DNA from: Candidatus Latescibacterota bacterium
Lineage (GTDB): Bacteria > Latescibacterota > UBA2968 > GCA-2709665
Direction of reading: 5' to 3'
Length of the DNA stretch: 64,000 bases
Assembly (NCBI GenBank): GCA_965219995.1
Contig: CBDCOX010000002.1
Location: 3,072,001 to 3,136,000 of the forward strand
Shown here: positions 18,819-30,526 of the stretch, in pieces
Layout: every line of letters begins with the position of its first letter
How positions within the stretch are numbered: position 1 is the first letter of the stretch
Notes under the pieces: model-generated
Told to the model about the DNA's origin: nothing
The model's database searches: none
Seen by the model: only the letters and a program-made list of their open reading frames with translations
Made by a program: the position numbers and the translations under genes

Positions 18819-21167
18819 ATGCATCCCGCCCCACATCCTCCGTTTCGCACCGCCGCCGTCCTGGGCGCGGGTGTCATGGGATCGCAGATTGCCGCCCACC
18901 TGGCCAACGCCGGCCTGTCCGTTCATCTTCTGGATCTTCCGGGCGACGAAAGAAACCGAAACGGGATTGTCGACGGCGCGCTGAAGGGACTCGATCGTCT
19001 CAGCCCCGCTCCTTTGTTTACGGAAGGAACCGCTCGACGCATCACCCCCGGCAACATCGAGGACGACTTCCACCGTACTACTGAAGCGGACTGGATCATC
19101 GAAGCGGTCGTGGAGAAACCGGACGTCAAGCAGGAGATCATGGCGCGCGTGGAAGCCGCCGCGAACAGCCACGCCGTCATCTCCACCAACACCAGCGGCA
19201 TTCCGATCCACCTGATCGCACAGGACCGGTCCGCAAATTTCAGGCGGCGCTTCCTCGGCGCGCACTTCTTCAACCCGCCGCGCTACCTCAAGCTCCTCGA
19301 ACTCATCCCCCTTCCCGATACCGATCCGTCCGTTGTCGAACGCATCTCCCGTTTCGGCGGCGAACGGCTTGGAAAAGGCATTGTTGTCGCGAACGACACG
19401 CCCGGCTTCATCGGCAACCGCATCGGCGTGTACGCCATGATGCAATGTATCCGGGCCTTTACGGACGAGGGGTATACGATCGAGGAAGTCGACGCCCTCA
19501 CAGGCCCTCTGCTGGGACGTCCCAGGTCCGCCACGTTCAGAACCGCGGACGTTGTCGGTCTGGATACGCTCGTGCACGTTGCGGGTTACCTCCACGATGC
19601 CCTGCCGGACGACGAAAGCCGGAACGGTTTCCGGGTTCCCGAAGTGGTCGACCGGCTGGTTGCAGACGGGGCCACCGGCGCCAAGGCGGGCAGCGGGTTC
19701 TATAAGAAAGAGGGTCGAAACATCCTCTCGTTCAACCCCGAAACCCGGGCTTACGAGCCGGCGGCGGAACAGAATCTGGGCGACCTCGAACCCATTCGGA
19801 AACAGAGGGACCCTTCCCGGCGCCTCCGCGGCCTCTACGCGAGCGACGGGCGGGCGGGCGCCTTCTTCCGGAATCATCTCCTCGAAGTCCTGTCGTACAG
19901 CGCCCGCCGCATCCCGGAGATCACCGCCAATCCGGCCGACGTCGACCGCGCGCTTCGCTGGGGATTCGGCTGGGAGGCGGGGCCCTTCGAGATGTGGGAC
20001 ACGATCGGGTTCGATACCCTCCTCAAGGACATGGCGGCCGAGAACATCCCCCTGCCGGGCTGGATCGAGAGGATGTCCGGAGCGGGCGCCGCCGGATTCC
20101 GCGACCGCTCGCGGGTCTATATGCCGGATCGCGGATACGTGCGGGAATCCCGGGACGAAACCGCCTCGCCCGCGGTTCGCACGGACAAGCCCCGCGTCCG
20201 GTGGCAGAACGAGGACGCTGCTCTCCTGGACCTGGACGAGGATATCGCCCTCTTCGAATACCGCTCCAAGGCAAATACCATGGGTGAGACACTCGTTCGC
20301 GGGCTTGTTGACGCCGTGGACATCGTCGAAACGGGAAATTACCGCGGCATGGTCATCTGCAACGGAGGGAAGAATTTCTCGGTAGGCGCCAACCTGGGGG
20401 AGATGGTCGCACACGCGGAACAGAAACGTTTCGACCGGATGGACGGACTCATCATCCATTTCCAGCAGATGATCCAGCGTGTTCACTATTCCGCCAAACC
20501 GGTCGTCGTGGCCACACACGGCCGCGTCCTCGGCGGCGGCTGCGAACTCACGCTGGCCTGCGCGAGTCCCGTGGCCGCGGCGGAATCCTACATCGGACTC
20601 GTGGAACTGGCCGTGGGACTCATTCCCGGCGGCTGCGGCACCATGCGCATGGCAGCGATTTCGCACGAGCGGGCGTCGTCCGAGCAGGACAGCCACATCC
20701 AGCCCTTCCTGACCAGGGCCTTTGAAACGGTGGCGATGGCAAAGGTATCCAACAGCGCCTATCAGGCTCGGGAATTCGGGTTTCTTCCGCCGGGATCGCC
20801 CATTGTGATGAACCAGGACCGCCGGCTGCACGCCGCCAGACAGGAAGTCCTGCGCCTCTCGAACCTGGGATACGCGCCGCCGCCGGTCCGCAACGGCATC
20901 CGGGTACTCGGGCAGCCGGCCCGCGCGCGGTTCGAGGTGACAACCTACAATATGCTCCGTTCGGGTTTCATCACCGAATACGACCGCTATCTGGCGAACC
21001 GGTTCGCGTACGTGCTGACCGGCGGGGACCTCAGCGGCCCCGCGAACGTACACGAAGACTACCTCCTGGAGCTGGAACGCGAAGTCTTCGTCGCCCTTAC
21101 GGGCGAAGAGAAGACCCGGGAACGAATCTACAGCATCCTGCGAACCAACAGACCCCTGAGAAACTGA
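18819..21167 (+). CDS. fadN: 3-hydroxyacyl-CoA dehydrogenase/enoyl-CoA hydratase (FadN type)
   Basis: VLGAGVMGSQIAAH, HFFNPPRY, DTPGFIGNRIG, C-terminal crotonase domain (LGGGCE), ends RPLRN. Confidence 0.9.
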   Translation: MHPAPHPPFRTAAVLGAGVMGSQIAAHLANAGLSVHLLDLPGDERNRNGIVDGALKGLDRLSPAPLFTEGTARRITPGNIEDDFHRTTEADWIIEAVVEKPDVKQEIMARVEAAANSHAVISTNTSGIPIHLIAQDRSANFRRRFLGAHFFNPPRYLKLLELIPLPDTDPSVVERISRFGGERLGKGIVVANDTPGFIGNRIGVYAMMQCIRAFTDEGYTIEEVDALTGPLLGRPRSATFRTADVVGLDTLVHVAGYLHDALPDDESRNGFRVPEVVDRLVADGATGAKAGSGFYKKEGRNILSFNPETRAYEPAAEQNLGDLEPIRKQRDPSRRLRGLYASDGRAGAFFRNHLLEVLSYSARRIPEITANPADVDRALRWGFGWEAGPFEMWDTIGFDTLLKDMAAENIPLPGWIERMSGAGAAGFRDRSRVYMPDRGYVRESRDETASPAVRTDKPRVRWQNEDAALLDLDEDIALFEYRSKANTMGETLVRGLVDAVDIVETGNYRGMVICNGGKNFSVGANLGEMVAHAEQKRFDRMDGLIIHFQQMIQRVHYSAKPVVVATHGRVLGGGCELTLACASPVAAAESYIGLVELAVGLIPGGCGTMRMAAISHERASSEQDSHIQPFLTRAFETVAMAKVSNSAYQAREFGFLPPGSPIVMNQDRRLHAARQEVLRLSNLGYAPPPVRNGIRVLGQPARARFEVTTYNMLRSGFITEYDRYLANRFAYVLTGGDLSGPANVHEDYLLELEREVFVALTGEEKTRERIYSILRTNRPLRN

Positions 21168-21222
21168 TCCCCGTGCGATCCGGCCCGACGGATCGCGTGA
21201 AAAGGAAGAGGTGGAGCCCGCC

Positions 21223-22407
21223 ATGAACAACGAACCCTGCATCGTGAGCAGCGTCCGCACGGCCGTCGGCAAAGCCGGGAGAGGGGCCCTGCGCAATGTG
21301 CGGCCCGAAACCATGGGCGCGTCCGCGGTCAACGGCGCCATGGCGCGCGTTGAGGGCCTCCTGCCCGAAAGCGTCGACGACGTGATCATGGGCTGCGCGT
21401 TTCCCGAAGCGCAGCAGGGCATGGTTCTCGGCCGCGTTGTCGCGCGGAAAGCCGGCCTGCCGGAAACGGTTCCCGGCGTGACCATCAACCGTTTCTGCGC
21501 CTCCGGGCTGCAATCCATCGCAATGGCCCACCAGGCGATTTCCGCGGGCCAGGCCGACGTCATCGTGGCGGGCGGCGCCGAATCCATGAGCCTCGTGCCC
21601 ATGGGCGGCAACCACTTCATGCCGGACCCCGACATCACGCGGGAGGACCCGGACCTCTACATCGACATGGGCAACACCGCCGAGAATCTCGCGGAGAGCG
21701 AAGACATCTCCCGGGAGGAACAGGACGCGTTCGCGCTGCGTTCCCACCAGCGCGCGCTGAACGCCGCCGCAGGAGGCCGCTTCAATGACGAGATCGTGCC
21801 CATGCACGTTGTGGACACGGTGTACGACAATGGCGGCGCCACGTCCACCGAAACGACGTTCAGGGCGGACGAAGGGCCTCGCGCCGACACCAGCGCCGCC
21901 GCCCTCGCCCGGCTCCGGCCGGTCTTCCGCGCCGGCGGCACCGTCACGGCGGGAAACGCCTCCCAGGTGTCGGACGGCGCCGCGGCGACGGTGGTGATGA
22001 GCGAACAAACGGCAAGAGAACTGGACGTGGAACCCATGGCGCGGCTCGCGGGTTACGCCGTGGCCGGCGTGGCGCCCGAAATCATGGGGATCGGCCCCGC
22101 CGAAGCCGTGCCGAAAGCGCTCCGCCAGGCGGGCCTCACTCTGGACGACGTCGGCCTGATCGAACTGAACGAGGCCTTCGCGGTCCAGGCGCTCGCCGTC
22201 ATCGGCAGACTGGGCCTGGACCGGGAACTCGTCAACGTCAACGGCGGGGCCATCGCGCTCGGACACCCCCTGGGCTGCACCGGCGCGAAACTCACTGCCA
22301 CCCTCCTGCATGAGATGATCCGCCGCAATGTCCGCTATGGCATCTGCACGATGTGTATCGGCAGCGGGATGGGCGCGGCGGGTATTTTTGAGAACCTGAG
22401 GGCATAA
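21223..22407 (+). CDS. fadA: Acetyl-CoA C-acyltransferase (thiolase)
   Basis: [33 protein letters not shown]. Confidence 0.93.
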   Translation: MNNEPCIVSSVRTAVGKAGRGALRNVRPETMGASAVNGAMARVEGLLPESVDDVIMGCAFPEAQQGMVLGRVVARKAGLPETVPGVTINRFCASGLQSIAMAHQAISAGQADVIVAGGAESMSLVPMGGNHFMPDPDITREDPDLYIDMGNTAENLAESEDISREEQDAFALRSHQRALNAAAGGRFNDEIVPMHVVDTVYDNGGATSTETTFRADEGPRADTSAAALARLRPVFRAGGTVTAGNASQVSDGAAATVVMSEQTARELDVEPMARLAGYAVAGVAPEIMGIGPAEAVPKALRQAGLTLDDVGLIELNEAFAVQALAVIGRLGLDRELVNVNGGAIALGHPLGCTGAKLTATLLHEMIRRNVRYGICTMCIGSGMGAAGIFENLRA

Positions 22408-22412
22408 GATGC

Positions 22413-24860
22413 ATGGACGTACTGACTTCCACCTGCGGAGTCCTGTCCTTTTCGTACGTCGAAGCCTTCGCCGTTGGGGTTCTCGTATGCGCCCTGGGTT
22501 ATGCCGGCGCGCCGTTGTGGCTGTGGACCGTTCTTTCGGCCGCGTTGATGTGGACGTTCGGAGCGCCCGGCGGCCTCTGGTGGGGCTTCGGCCTCCTCGC
22601 GCCGCTGTTTAACCTGCGCCCGCTGCGCCGCACGCTGATATCATCGTGGATCCTCAAGATCCTCAAGGCGCTCCGCCTCCTTCCAACCATCTCGCCGACC
22701 GAGCAGGCCGCCATCGAAGCCGGAAGCGTATGGATCGACGCCGACCTCTTTTCCGGCAAACCCGATTTCAAACGCCTCAACAGCGAACCCTATCCCGACC
22801 TGGCCGAAGAGGAACGGGCATTCCTCGACGGACCCGTGGAAAGCGCGTGCCGCCTGGCCGACGACTGGGAGATTCACCGGAACCGGGACCTGCCGGAGGA
22901 ACTCTGGGATTATCTCAAAGCGCAACGGTTCTACGGGATCATCATTCCGGAGGAATTCGGCGGGCTTGGATTCTCCGCATCCGCGCACAGCGCAATCGTG
23001 GGCAAGCTGGCCTCCCGCTCCATGCCGCTGGCCGTCACCGTTATGGTGCCCAATTCGCTCGGGCCGGCGGAACTCCTGATCCACTACGGCACCCGGGACC
23101 AGAAGGAACACTACCTGCCCCGGCTGGCGCGCGGGGAGGAAATCCCCTGCTTTGCCCTCACCGAACCGGACGCCGGCTCGGACGCCGGGAGCATCCGGTC
23201 CAGCGGGGTTGTCTTCAAGGACGAGGACGGGCGGCTGTGTCTGCGGCTGAACTGGAACAAGCGGTATATCACCCTGGCATCCGTCTCCACGCTCATCGGC
23301 CTGGCATTCAAACTCCGGGACCCGGAAAACCTTCTGGGCAAGGGCGAGAGCCCGGGGATAACTTGCGCCCTCGTTCCACGAGACACGCCGGGCGTTGTCG
23401 TGGACCGAAGGCACGATCCGATGGGCGTGCCCTTTCACAACGCCCCCACCAGGGGCAGGGACGTCATCGTCCCTGCCGACGCCATCATCGGCGGGTCCGA
23501 AGGCGCGGGCCAGGGGTGGCGCATGCTCATGGAATCCCTGGCGGCGGGGCGCGGCATTTCGCTGCCCGCGACTGCAGCCTTCGGCGCCAAGCTGACCGCG
23601 CGCGTGGCGGGCGCCCACGCCACCGTACGCAAACAGTTCGGCCTGTCCATCGGGCAATTCCAGGGAGTCGAGGAACCGCTCGCGCGCATCGGCGCCTTCA
23701 CCTACCTCATGGAAGCAGGGAGGCGTTTCACGTGCGGCGGCCTGGACGGGGGCGCGAAATCGGCCGTTGTCTCGGCCATCGTCAAATACAACCTCACGGA
23801 ACTCCATCGGCGGGCCATTATGGACGGCATGGACGTCCTGGCAGGCAACGCCATCGCGCAGGGACCAAGAAACCTGCTCGCCAGGTCGTATCTCTGGGCG
23901 CCGATCGCCATCACCGTGGAAGGCGCGAATATCCTCACGCGCACATTCATCACGTTCGGGCAGGGCGCGATCCGGTGCCATCCGTACATCTATCAGGAGA
24001 TCCAGGCGCTCAGATCGAACGACCTGCGCGCCTTCGACCGCGCCTTCTGGGCGCATGCGGGCCACTTCATCCGAAACGCCTTCCGCGCCACTGCCCTGAG
24101 CCTGTCGCGAGGACACCTGGCGCGATCGCCCGTGCGCGGTCCCGCGGCCCGGTACTACCGCAGACTGGCGTGGGCATCCGCGGCTTTCGCCTTCCTGGCC
24201 GACGTCGCCCTGATCACGATGGGCGGCGCCCTGAAGAAAGAGGAGAAGCTGGCCGGCCGCTTCGCGGACGTCCTCTCCTGGATGTACCTGGGCACGGCCG
24301 CGCTGCGCCGCTTCGAAGCCGAAGGCCGCCCACCCGGCCACCTGTCGTGCGTACACTGGGCGATGCAATACGCGTTCGCGCAGATTCAGGCCGGTTTCAG
24401 CGGCCTGCTCCGGAACCTTCGCGGCCTTCCCGGGCTCGGGATGCTGTTTCGCTATCCCGTCGCGCTGTGGTGTCGCCTGAACCCCATCGGCCGGATGCCG
24501 TCCGACGCCCTCGGCGGCGAGGTCGCGCGGGCCATCCGGACGCCCGGCCCCGACCGGGACGCGCTGACCTCCGACATCTACATGCCGGACTCGGCCGATG
24601 AAGCCCTGGCCCGGCTGGAACGGGCATTCGAGCTGTCCTGTGAGGCCGAGCCGATCGCGCGCAAGATCAAAGGGGCTGCGCGCGCGGGCGTGCTCACGGG
24701 CCGGGACCCCGACCGCCTTGCCGCGCAGGCCCTCGAAAAAGAGCTGATCACGCAGGAAGACGCGGAGCTGTTCCGGCGCGCCGAGGCCGCCCGGGACCAG
24801 GCGATCCGCGTGGACGCGTTCACCCCGGAAGAGTACCTCCCTCTTCCGGAAAAAGCGTAG
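22413..24860 (+). CDS. fadE: Long, membrane-anchored acyl-CoA dehydrogenase (FadE type with DUF1974 region)
   Basis: N-terminal TMs, [43 protein letters not shown]. Confidence 0.9.
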   Translation: MDVLTSTCGVLSFSYVEAFAVGVLVCALGYAGAPLWLWTVLSAALMWTFGAPGGLWWGFGLLAPLFNLRPLRRTLISSWILKILKALRLLPTISPTEQAAIEAGSVWIDADLFSGKPDFKRLNSEPYPDLAEEERAFLDGPVESACRLADDWEIHRNRDLPEELWDYLKAQRFYGIIIPEEFGGLGFSASAHSAIVGKLASRSMPLAVTVMVPNSLGPAELLIHYGTRDQKEHYLPRLARGEEIPCFALTEPDAGSDAGSIRSSGVVFKDEDGRLCLRLNWNKRYITLASVSTLIGLAFKLRDPENLLGKGESPGITCALVPRDTPGVVVDRRHDPMGVPFHNAPTRGRDVIVPADAIIGGSEGAGQGWRMLMESLAAGRGISLPATAAFGAKLTARVAGAHATVRKQFGLSIGQFQGVEEPLARIGAFTYLMEAGRRFTCGGLDGGAKSAVVSAIVKYNLTELHRRAIMDGMDVLAGNAIAQGPRNLLARSYLWAPIAITVEGANILTRTFITFGQGAIRCHPYIYQEIQALRSNDLRAFDRAFWAHAGHFIRNAFRATALSLSRGHLARSPVRGPAARYYRRLAWASAAFAFLADVALITMGGALKKEEKLAGRFADVLSWMYLGTAALRRFEAEGRPPGHLSCVHWAMQYAFAQIQAGFSGLLRNLRGLPGLGMLFRYPVALWCRLNPIGRMPSDALGGEVARAIRTPGPDRDALTSDIYMPDSADEALARLERAFELSCEAEPIARKIKGAARAGVLTGRDPDRLAAQALEKELITQEDAELFRRAEAARDQAIRVDAFTPEEYLPLPEKA

Positions 24861-24913
24861 CGGCGCGGCAAGGGTCTCCGGACGCCACCACCGTCTCCCC
24901 GGGAGCGCATTCC

Positions 24914-26539
24914 ATGCAAGGCCAGATGATGGACTATCCGCTCACCCTGGACCGGATCCTCGAGCACGCCAACCGCCTGTATCCGCGCAAACGCATCACC
25001 ACCGGATTGCCCGACGGGACCCTTCACCGGTACACGTACGCGGACCTGCACCGGCGGTCGAAGCGCCTCGCCAGCGCACTGGGCGGCCTGGGCATCGAAC
25101 CCGGCGACCGCGTGGGAACCTTTGCGTGGAACAACCACCAGCATCTGGAACTGTATTTCGCGGTTCCGTGCAGCGGCGCCGTTTGCCATACGCTCAATAT
25201 TCGCCTCTCCGCGGACCAGCTTGCCTATATTGTCAGCCACGCCGAGGACAAGGCCGTCTTCGTGGACGCGACACTGCTGCCCCTCTTCGAAGCCGTGGCC
25301 GCCAGGCTCGACCGCCCCCCGCGGACCGTCCTGTTCAATGCCGATCCCGGAATCAGCACGTCCCTTCCGCACGTCTGCGACTATGAAGACCTGATCGACA
25401 GCGGGAGCGACGCATTCGAGTGGCCCGTCACCGACGAGGCCGCGGCCATGGGACTCTGTTACACCAGCGGCACCACCGGCGAGCCCCGGGGGGCGCTCTA
25501 TTCGCACCGCTCGATGTTTTTGCACACCTTCGGCGTGAACCAGTCCAACGCCGTGGGCATTGTCGAGTCGGATATCGTGATGCCGGTCGTGCCCCAGTTT
25601 CACGCCATGGCCTGGGGTCTGCCCTATGCGTGCGCCATGGCCGGCGCGGACATGGTCCTTCCCGGACCCCACCTGAAACCCGACGCCCTGGCCCGGATGA
25701 TCGCGGATGAAGGCGTAACGGTGCCCGCCGGCGTTCCCACCATCTGGACCGGGCTCTATGAAGAACTGAAGGGCAATCCGCGCGACGTGTCCTGCATCCG
25801 GTCTCTGGTCGTCGGCGGTTCGGCCATGCCGCGCGGCCTGATCGAAGCCTACGAAACGGAACTCAACGTTCCTGTCCTGCACGCGTGGGGAATGACCGAA
25901 CTCTCGCCCCTGGGCACCGTCTCCCGGCTGCAGCGGCATCACCGCGCCCTTTCGGACACGGACAAGTGGGACGTCAAAGCCAGGCAGGGGGTTCCCATTT
26001 GCGGCGTTGACATGAGGATTATGGACGATTCCGGTAACGAAGCGCCCTGGGACGGCCGCAGCATAGGGGAGATTCAGGTCCGCGGCCCATGGGTGATCGG
26101 GAGCTATTACAGACAGAAGCCTTCTGCCGACCGGTTTACGGACGACGGGTGGTTCCGCACCGGCGACGTGGGCGCGATGAGCCCGGACGGCTTCCTCCAC
26201 ATCACGGACCGGACGAAAGACCTCATCAAGAGCGGCGGCGAGTGGATCTCCAGCGTGGAGCTGGAGAACGCGCTGATGGGGCACCCCGCCGTGACCGAGG
26301 CCGCCGTTATCGCCGTTCCCGACGCGAAGTGGACGGAGCGTCCCTTCGCCATCGCCGTTCGTTCGCCCGGCGCGGACCCGGCCACGGCGGAGGACCTCCG
26401 GGCGTACCTGGCGTCGGCATATCCGAAATACTGGGTGCCCGACCGGATTGTCTTCGTAGATCAGATCCCCAAGACGAGCGTGGGAAAGCTGGACAAGAAA
26501 GTCATCCGCCGCAGGCATGCCGAAGGACTGTGGGGATAG
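24914..26539 (+). CDS. Long-chain fatty acid--CoA ligase (AlkK/DmdB-like)
   Basis: [44 protein letters not shown]. Confidence 0.92.
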   Translation: MQGQMMDYPLTLDRILEHANRLYPRKRITTGLPDGTLHRYTYADLHRRSKRLASALGGLGIEPGDRVGTFAWNNHQHLELYFAVPCSGAVCHTLNIRLSADQLAYIVSHAEDKAVFVDATLLPLFEAVAARLDRPPRTVLFNADPGISTSLPHVCDYEDLIDSGSDAFEWPVTDEAAAMGLCYTSGTTGEPRGALYSHRSMFLHTFGVNQSNAVGIVESDIVMPVVPQFHAMAWGLPYACAMAGADMVLPGPHLKPDALARMIADEGVTVPAGVPTIWTGLYEELKGNPRDVSCIRSLVVGGSAMPRGLIEAYETELNVPVLHAWGMTELSPLGTVSRLQRHHRALSDTDKWDVKARQGVPICGVDMRIMDDSGNEAPWDGRSIGEIQVRGPWVIGSYYRQKPSADRFTDDGWFRTGDVGAMSPDGFLHITDRTKDLIKSGGEWISSVELENALMGHPAVTEAAVIAVPDAKWTERPFAIAVRSPGADPATAEDLRAYLASAYPKYWVPDRIVFVDQIPKTSVGKLDKKVIRRRHAEGLWG

Positions 26540-26570
26540 CCGGCCTCGACCCGGGACAACAGGAACCGCG

Positions 26571-27287
26571 ATGCCGCTCCACCTTAAAAACCCTCACAGC
26601 ATCCTGGCCGTTTTGCAATCCCGGCCCCAGGACGTCTACGAAATCCGTCTGCCCGGTCCCGTCGACGGAACGTGGCGCCGGGTCCGGTCGTCCGCCACCG
26701 AAATTGGCGTCAAAGTCGCGGGCGGGAACCGCACGTCACGGAGGCAAAGCCGGACGGGCCGCGCGGGCGGCGCCGAGGCCGTCGTCCGGGAACGACGCGG
26801 GGTCACCGTGCAGGACCTGTTCGCGAACGTGCCCGAGACCGGACTCTGGCTCGCGCTCGACCGCGTGCAGGACCCGCACAACGTGGGAGCGATCTTTCGC
26901 ACCGCCGCCTTCTTCGGCGTCCGCGGCATCCTGCTCACGCGGGACCGATCCGCCCCGCTCACGGATACCGTGTACGACGTCGCATCCGGCGCGGTGGAAC
27001 ACGTGCCCTTCTGCCTTCCGGCCAATCTCAGCAGGGCCCTCGACCTGGCGCGGAAGGCGAACCTCTGGATCATGGGCGCGACCGAACACGCCGACACCGG
27101 CCTGGACGGGGTCTCAGCCGACCGACCCTGGCTGCTCGTTCTGGGCAATGAGGAACGCGGTCTCCGCCGTCTCACCCTGGACAAATGCGACGTCACGTGC
27201 AGCATTCCGTCCGCCGGAAACGTCACCTCGCTCAACGTCTCCGTGGCCGCGGGTATCTTCCTGCAGAAACTCGCCACCCCGCCGTAA
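26571..27287 (+). CDS. TrmH/SpoU family RNA 2'-O-methyltransferase (RlmB-like)
   Basis: LDRVQDPHNVGAIFRTA, VLGNEERG, SLNVSVAAG. Confidence 0.88.
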   Translation: MPLHLKNPHSILAVLQSRPQDVYEIRLPGPVDGTWRRVRSSATEIGVKVAGGNRTSRRQSRTGRAGGAEAVVRERRGVTVQDLFANVPETGLWLALDRVQDPHNVGAIFRTAAFFGVRGILLTRDRSAPLTDTVYDVASGAVEHVPFCLPANLSRALDLARKANLWIMGATEHADTGLDGVSADRPWLLVLGNEERGLRRLTLDKCDVTCSIPSAGNVTSLNVSVAAGIFLQKLATPP

Positions 27288-27423
27288 CACACCTCGCGAC
27301 CAACGACCGGCGCTACCCGGATGCGGTACAGGACCGCACCGCGCATGCTTCGGGAACCGGCCCCCCCTTGTCAGCATCTCCGTTATCCCTTATCTTTTTT
27401 GAAAAAGAGCGGGAGAACTGCCG

Positions 27424-28047
27424 ATGCACGAGACCATCTTCTGGGACGTGGATACCCAGTACGATTTCATCATGCCCGACGGCAAACTGTACATCCAGGC
27501 GGCGGAGAAGATCCTGCCCAACCTGGAGCGGCTCACCGCCTGCGCCCGGGAGCGGAACATCCCCATCTTCGGCTCGGTTGACTACCACAACCCCGACGAT
27601 CCGGAAATTTCGGAGACGCCCGACTTCCGGGACACCTTTCCGCCGCACTGCCTGAAGGGAACGCCCGGCCAGCAGAAGGTGCCGGAAACACGAACCGCAA
27701 ATCCGCTCTGGATCGACGGCGACGCGGTAGATGCGTCGGCCCTCGGTGAGCGGGTCCGTAACCACACGGGCGAGATCATCTTCCGCAAACAGCGCTTCGA
27801 CGTTTTCACCAACCGGAACGTGGAACCGGTCCTGGATGCCGTCCGGCCCGGGCGCATCGTCCTGTACGGCGTCGCCCTGGACGTCTGCAACGCCTACGCC
27901 ATCGACGGCTTTCTCGAGAGGAACACCGCCCCCGTCCAACTGGTCCTGGACGCCACGCAGGCCATCGTTCCCGAACGCGGCGAAACGCTCGTGGAAGACT
28001 GGAAGGCCAGGGGCGTGACGGTCGTGTCGACCGACGAAATTACCTGA
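27424..28047 (+). CDS. Nicotinamidase/isochorismatase-family cysteine hydrolase
   Basis: DVDTQYDF, PPHCLKGTPG, KQRFDVF, GVALDVC (Asp-Lys-Cys triad). Confidence 0.85.
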   Translation: MHETIFWDVDTQYDFIMPDGKLYIQAAEKILPNLERLTACARERNIPIFGSVDYHNPDDPEISETPDFRDTFPPHCLKGTPGQQKVPETRTANPLWIDGDAVDASALGERVRNHTGEIIFRKQRFDVFTNRNVEPVLDAVRPGRIVLYGVALDVCNAYAIDGFLERNTAPVQLVLDATQAIVPERGETLVEDWKARGVTVVSTDEIT

Positions 28048-28130
28048 TCGTCAGATCCGCGTTCGATGGGGAACGTGGACGAGATCGGACCGCGGTCGGG
28101 TTTCGACAACAGCCCATACCGGAGCCGCCC

Positions 28131-29231
28131 ATGATACTCGTGAACCGGCACACCCAATCGGGAGGCGCCCCTTTTCGCGCCACATTGCGCATCAGGCCGG
28201 CTTCCCGTATGGAACTGTTCGACGTACGAGGCCGATTGAGAGAGGAATTCGGATCGGACTTCACCCGGTATTCCAGGCAATTCTACATTTCAGACCACAC
28301 CACGGCCGGCTACCTGGATCAGCGCCTCGCTGAGATGTTCGAGCACAACGTGGACAACATCCAGGAATACCTCGACGTCTTCCGGAAGCTCTTTCCCCCC
28401 GATGCCGGCTACGTACACGACGAACTCAATCTGAGAACGGAACTCTCCGAACAGCAGCGCGCCAACGAGCCACTCAACGCCGATTCCCACCTCACGTTCA
28501 TGGGGGGAGGATTGGACAACAGTGCGTCTTATGAACTTCGGGGAAACGAGCCGGTCTGGTTCGTGGAACTCGACGGGGTGCACGTTGGGGGTTCGCGCAG
28601 CCGGCGGACCACGGTGGTTGCATACAGCGGCGAGGAGGAGGCGGCCCGGATGCAGGTGAGGGTGCCCGCGGCCCGTCACCCGATAGACGCCCAGAACCTG
28701 AGGGATCCCGGCTTCGGTTTTATCGCCGAGCTACAGTCACTGGTGCGCAAGCACAGGGTATCGTTCGGCCGGTTCGACGTGTCCCTTGCCCCGACGGAGA
28801 ATCACGCGGGCCTGACCGTCAACGAGTACGAGACCCTGCTCATGACGCATGACCTTCGGGAAGTACTGCGAAACCCCCTCCACTATGTGGCGAAGATCGG
28901 CAAGGCGGCGCTCCGCGCCCCCCGCGCCATTCCCGCGAAGGCCCGCAACTACGCCAGGTACGATGCAGTACAGCTGTTCAACGAATTCGTGAGCCGGGCG
29001 CGCATGGGGGGCTCGGTGGTGGAAACGCTCGTGAATCGGGCGCTGTCGGTACCGGTAGCGCGCTTCTTGCGGATGAAGCGGGAGATCAGCCTGCCCGTTC
29101 TGGACCGCGAAGGAAAGGAAGGAATCGGTGAGATCGGCTGGGGCACCTACCAGAGCCCCATCCTGGTCCAGTGGAAGGTCGCCGCGGGACCGGCCCGGAC
29201 GCTCAACGTGAGGCTGTTGCGGTTCGTTTAG
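28131..29231 (+). CDS. Hypothetical protein with two YjbQ/UPF0047-like domains
   Basis: First half: HTTAG...NADSHL...FVELDG..RSRR. Second half: HAGLTVNE...GWGTYQ..RTLNV. Both echo YjbQ motifs. Confidence 0.65.
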   Translation: MILVNRHTQSGGAPFRATLRIRPASRMELFDVRGRLREEFGSDFTRYSRQFYISDHTTAGYLDQRLAEMFEHNVDNIQEYLDVFRKLFPPDAGYVHDELNLRTELSEQQRANEPLNADSHLTFMGGGLDNSASYELRGNEPVWFVELDGVHVGGSRSRRTTVVAYSGEEEAARMQVRVPAARHPIDAQNLRDPGFGFIAELQSLVRKHRVSFGRFDVSLAPTENHAGLTVNEYETLLMTHDLREVLRNPLHYVAKIGKAALRAPRAIPAKARNYARYDAVQLFNEFVSRARMGGSVVETLVNRALSVPVARFLRMKREISLPVLDREGKEGIGEIGWGTYQSPILVQWKVAAGPARTLNVRLLRFV

Positions 29232-29239
29232 CCGCGATT

Positions 29240-29293
29240 GCAAAAAAGACGCCATCGCCCGCACAGATCGCGGGCGATGGCGTCTTTTTTTGC
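29240..29293. terminator. Bidirectional intrinsic terminator
   Basis: AAAAAAGACGCCATCGCCCGC-loop-GCGGGCGATGGCGTCTTTTTTT between convergent genes. Confidence 0.9.
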
Positions 29294-29302
29294 ACGTTCC
29301 CG

Positions 29303-30406
29303 CTATTTCCCCGCCGCCACGTCGAGGTCTTCGTCTTCGAACAGGCCCAGGTACTTTCCGTACCCGGCGGCCTTCAGCTCATCCACGGGAACAAAGCGCA
29401 GCGACGCCGAATTGATGCAATAGCGTAGTCCGGTCGGCGGCGGTCCGTCGGGGAAGACGTGGCCAAGGTGGGAATCTCCGTACTTGCTGCGGACTTCCGT
29501 GCGGGTCATGAAGAGGCTGCTGTCGACGCGTTCCACGACGTGCCCGGAAACCAGGGGCCGCGTGAAGCTCGGCCATCCGGTCCCGGACCGGTATTTGTGC
29601 GTGGAGCTGAAGAGCGGTTCGCCCGACACGATATCCACGTAGATGCCCGCCTTCTTGTTATCCCAGTACTCGTTTCGGAACGGCCGCTCGGTGCCGTCTT
29701 CCTGGGTCACGTTCCACTGGAGTGGCGTGAGCTTCCGGCGAAGCTCGGCTTCGGGGGGCCTGACCCAGTTTCCGCTGGAAGATTTCGCGGGTTTGTCCCG
29801 CCCCCAGATCCGCTCGATGAAGCGGTCGCGGCCCGAGCCTCTCCGGTAGCGGTTGTAATGGTCGGGCTTCTTCCTGTAGTAATCCTGGTGGTATTCCTCC
29901 GCGGGATAGAAGGTCTGTGCGGGCCGGACGGGCGTGACGATGGGCTCGTCGAACCGGCCGGATCCCGCGAGCGTTTCTTTCGACGCCTCGGCGAGCTTTT
30001 TCTGCTCGTCGTCGTGGTAGAAAATGGCGGACGTGTACTGGTGGCCCCGGTCATAGAACGACCCTCCTGCATCGGTGGGGTCGAACTGCCGCCAGTAGAC
30101 GTCGAGCAGTTGGGCGTAGGTGACGACTGAGGGGTCGTACGTGACCAGCACCGCCTCGATGTGCCTGGTTTGCCCCTTGCTGACCTGCCCGTACGTGGGC
30201 TTCACGATCATTCCGCCGGTATAGCCGGATACCGCGGAGATCACGCCTTCCAGCTTATCGAAAGGGGCTTCGATGCACCAGAAGCAGCCTCCGGCGAACG
30301 TGGCCTGCTCCACGTTTTTCGTTTCGGACCGCCCGTCGCCGGCGCCAAGGGCCAGGGTGACAATCAGAGCGGCGGCGGTAAACAACAGCACAAGGGTCGT
30401 TTTCAT
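29303..30406 (-). CDS. msrAB: Exported bifunctional peptide-methionine sulfoxide reductase MsrA/MsrB
   Basis: AGGAGG RBS, signal peptide MKTTLVLL..., [37 protein letters not shown]. Confidence 0.93.
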   Translation of the reverse strand: MKTTLVLLFTAAALIVTLALGAGDGRSETKNVEQATFAGGCFWCIEAPFDKLEGVISAVSGYTGGMIVKPTYGQVSKGQTRHIEAVLVTYDPSVVTYAQLLDVYWRQFDPTDAGGSFYDRGHQYTSAIFYHDDEQKKLAEASKETLAGSGRFDEPIVTPVRPAQTFYPAEEYHQDYYRKKPDHYNRYRRGSGRDRFIERIWGRDKPAKSSSGNWVRPPEAELRRKLTPLQWNVTQEDGTERPFRNEYWDNKKAGIYVDIVSGEPLFSSTHKYRSGTGWPSFTRPLVSGHVVERVDSSLFMTRTEVRSKYGDSHLGHVFPDGPPPTGLRYCINSASLRFVPVDELKAAGYGKYLGLFEDEDLDVAAGK

Positions 30407-30526
30407 GGGAGTCCCTCCTGACACACCCGATACCCGGGGAACATTGCGCGTGGTCGCGCTGATACGTTGATTCGATGTACTTTGACATAACGCCTGTTGA
30501 CCGGAAATGGTTGCGTGGAACTGAAG

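Noticed and set aside
14172-26518. Long antisense ORFs (e.g. 14172-16874 +, 18666-21638 -, 22641-24368 -, 24578-26518 -; also 58532-60616 +)
   Set aside because: Shadow frames of well-supported genes, typical of high-GC codon bias, with no recognisable motifs.
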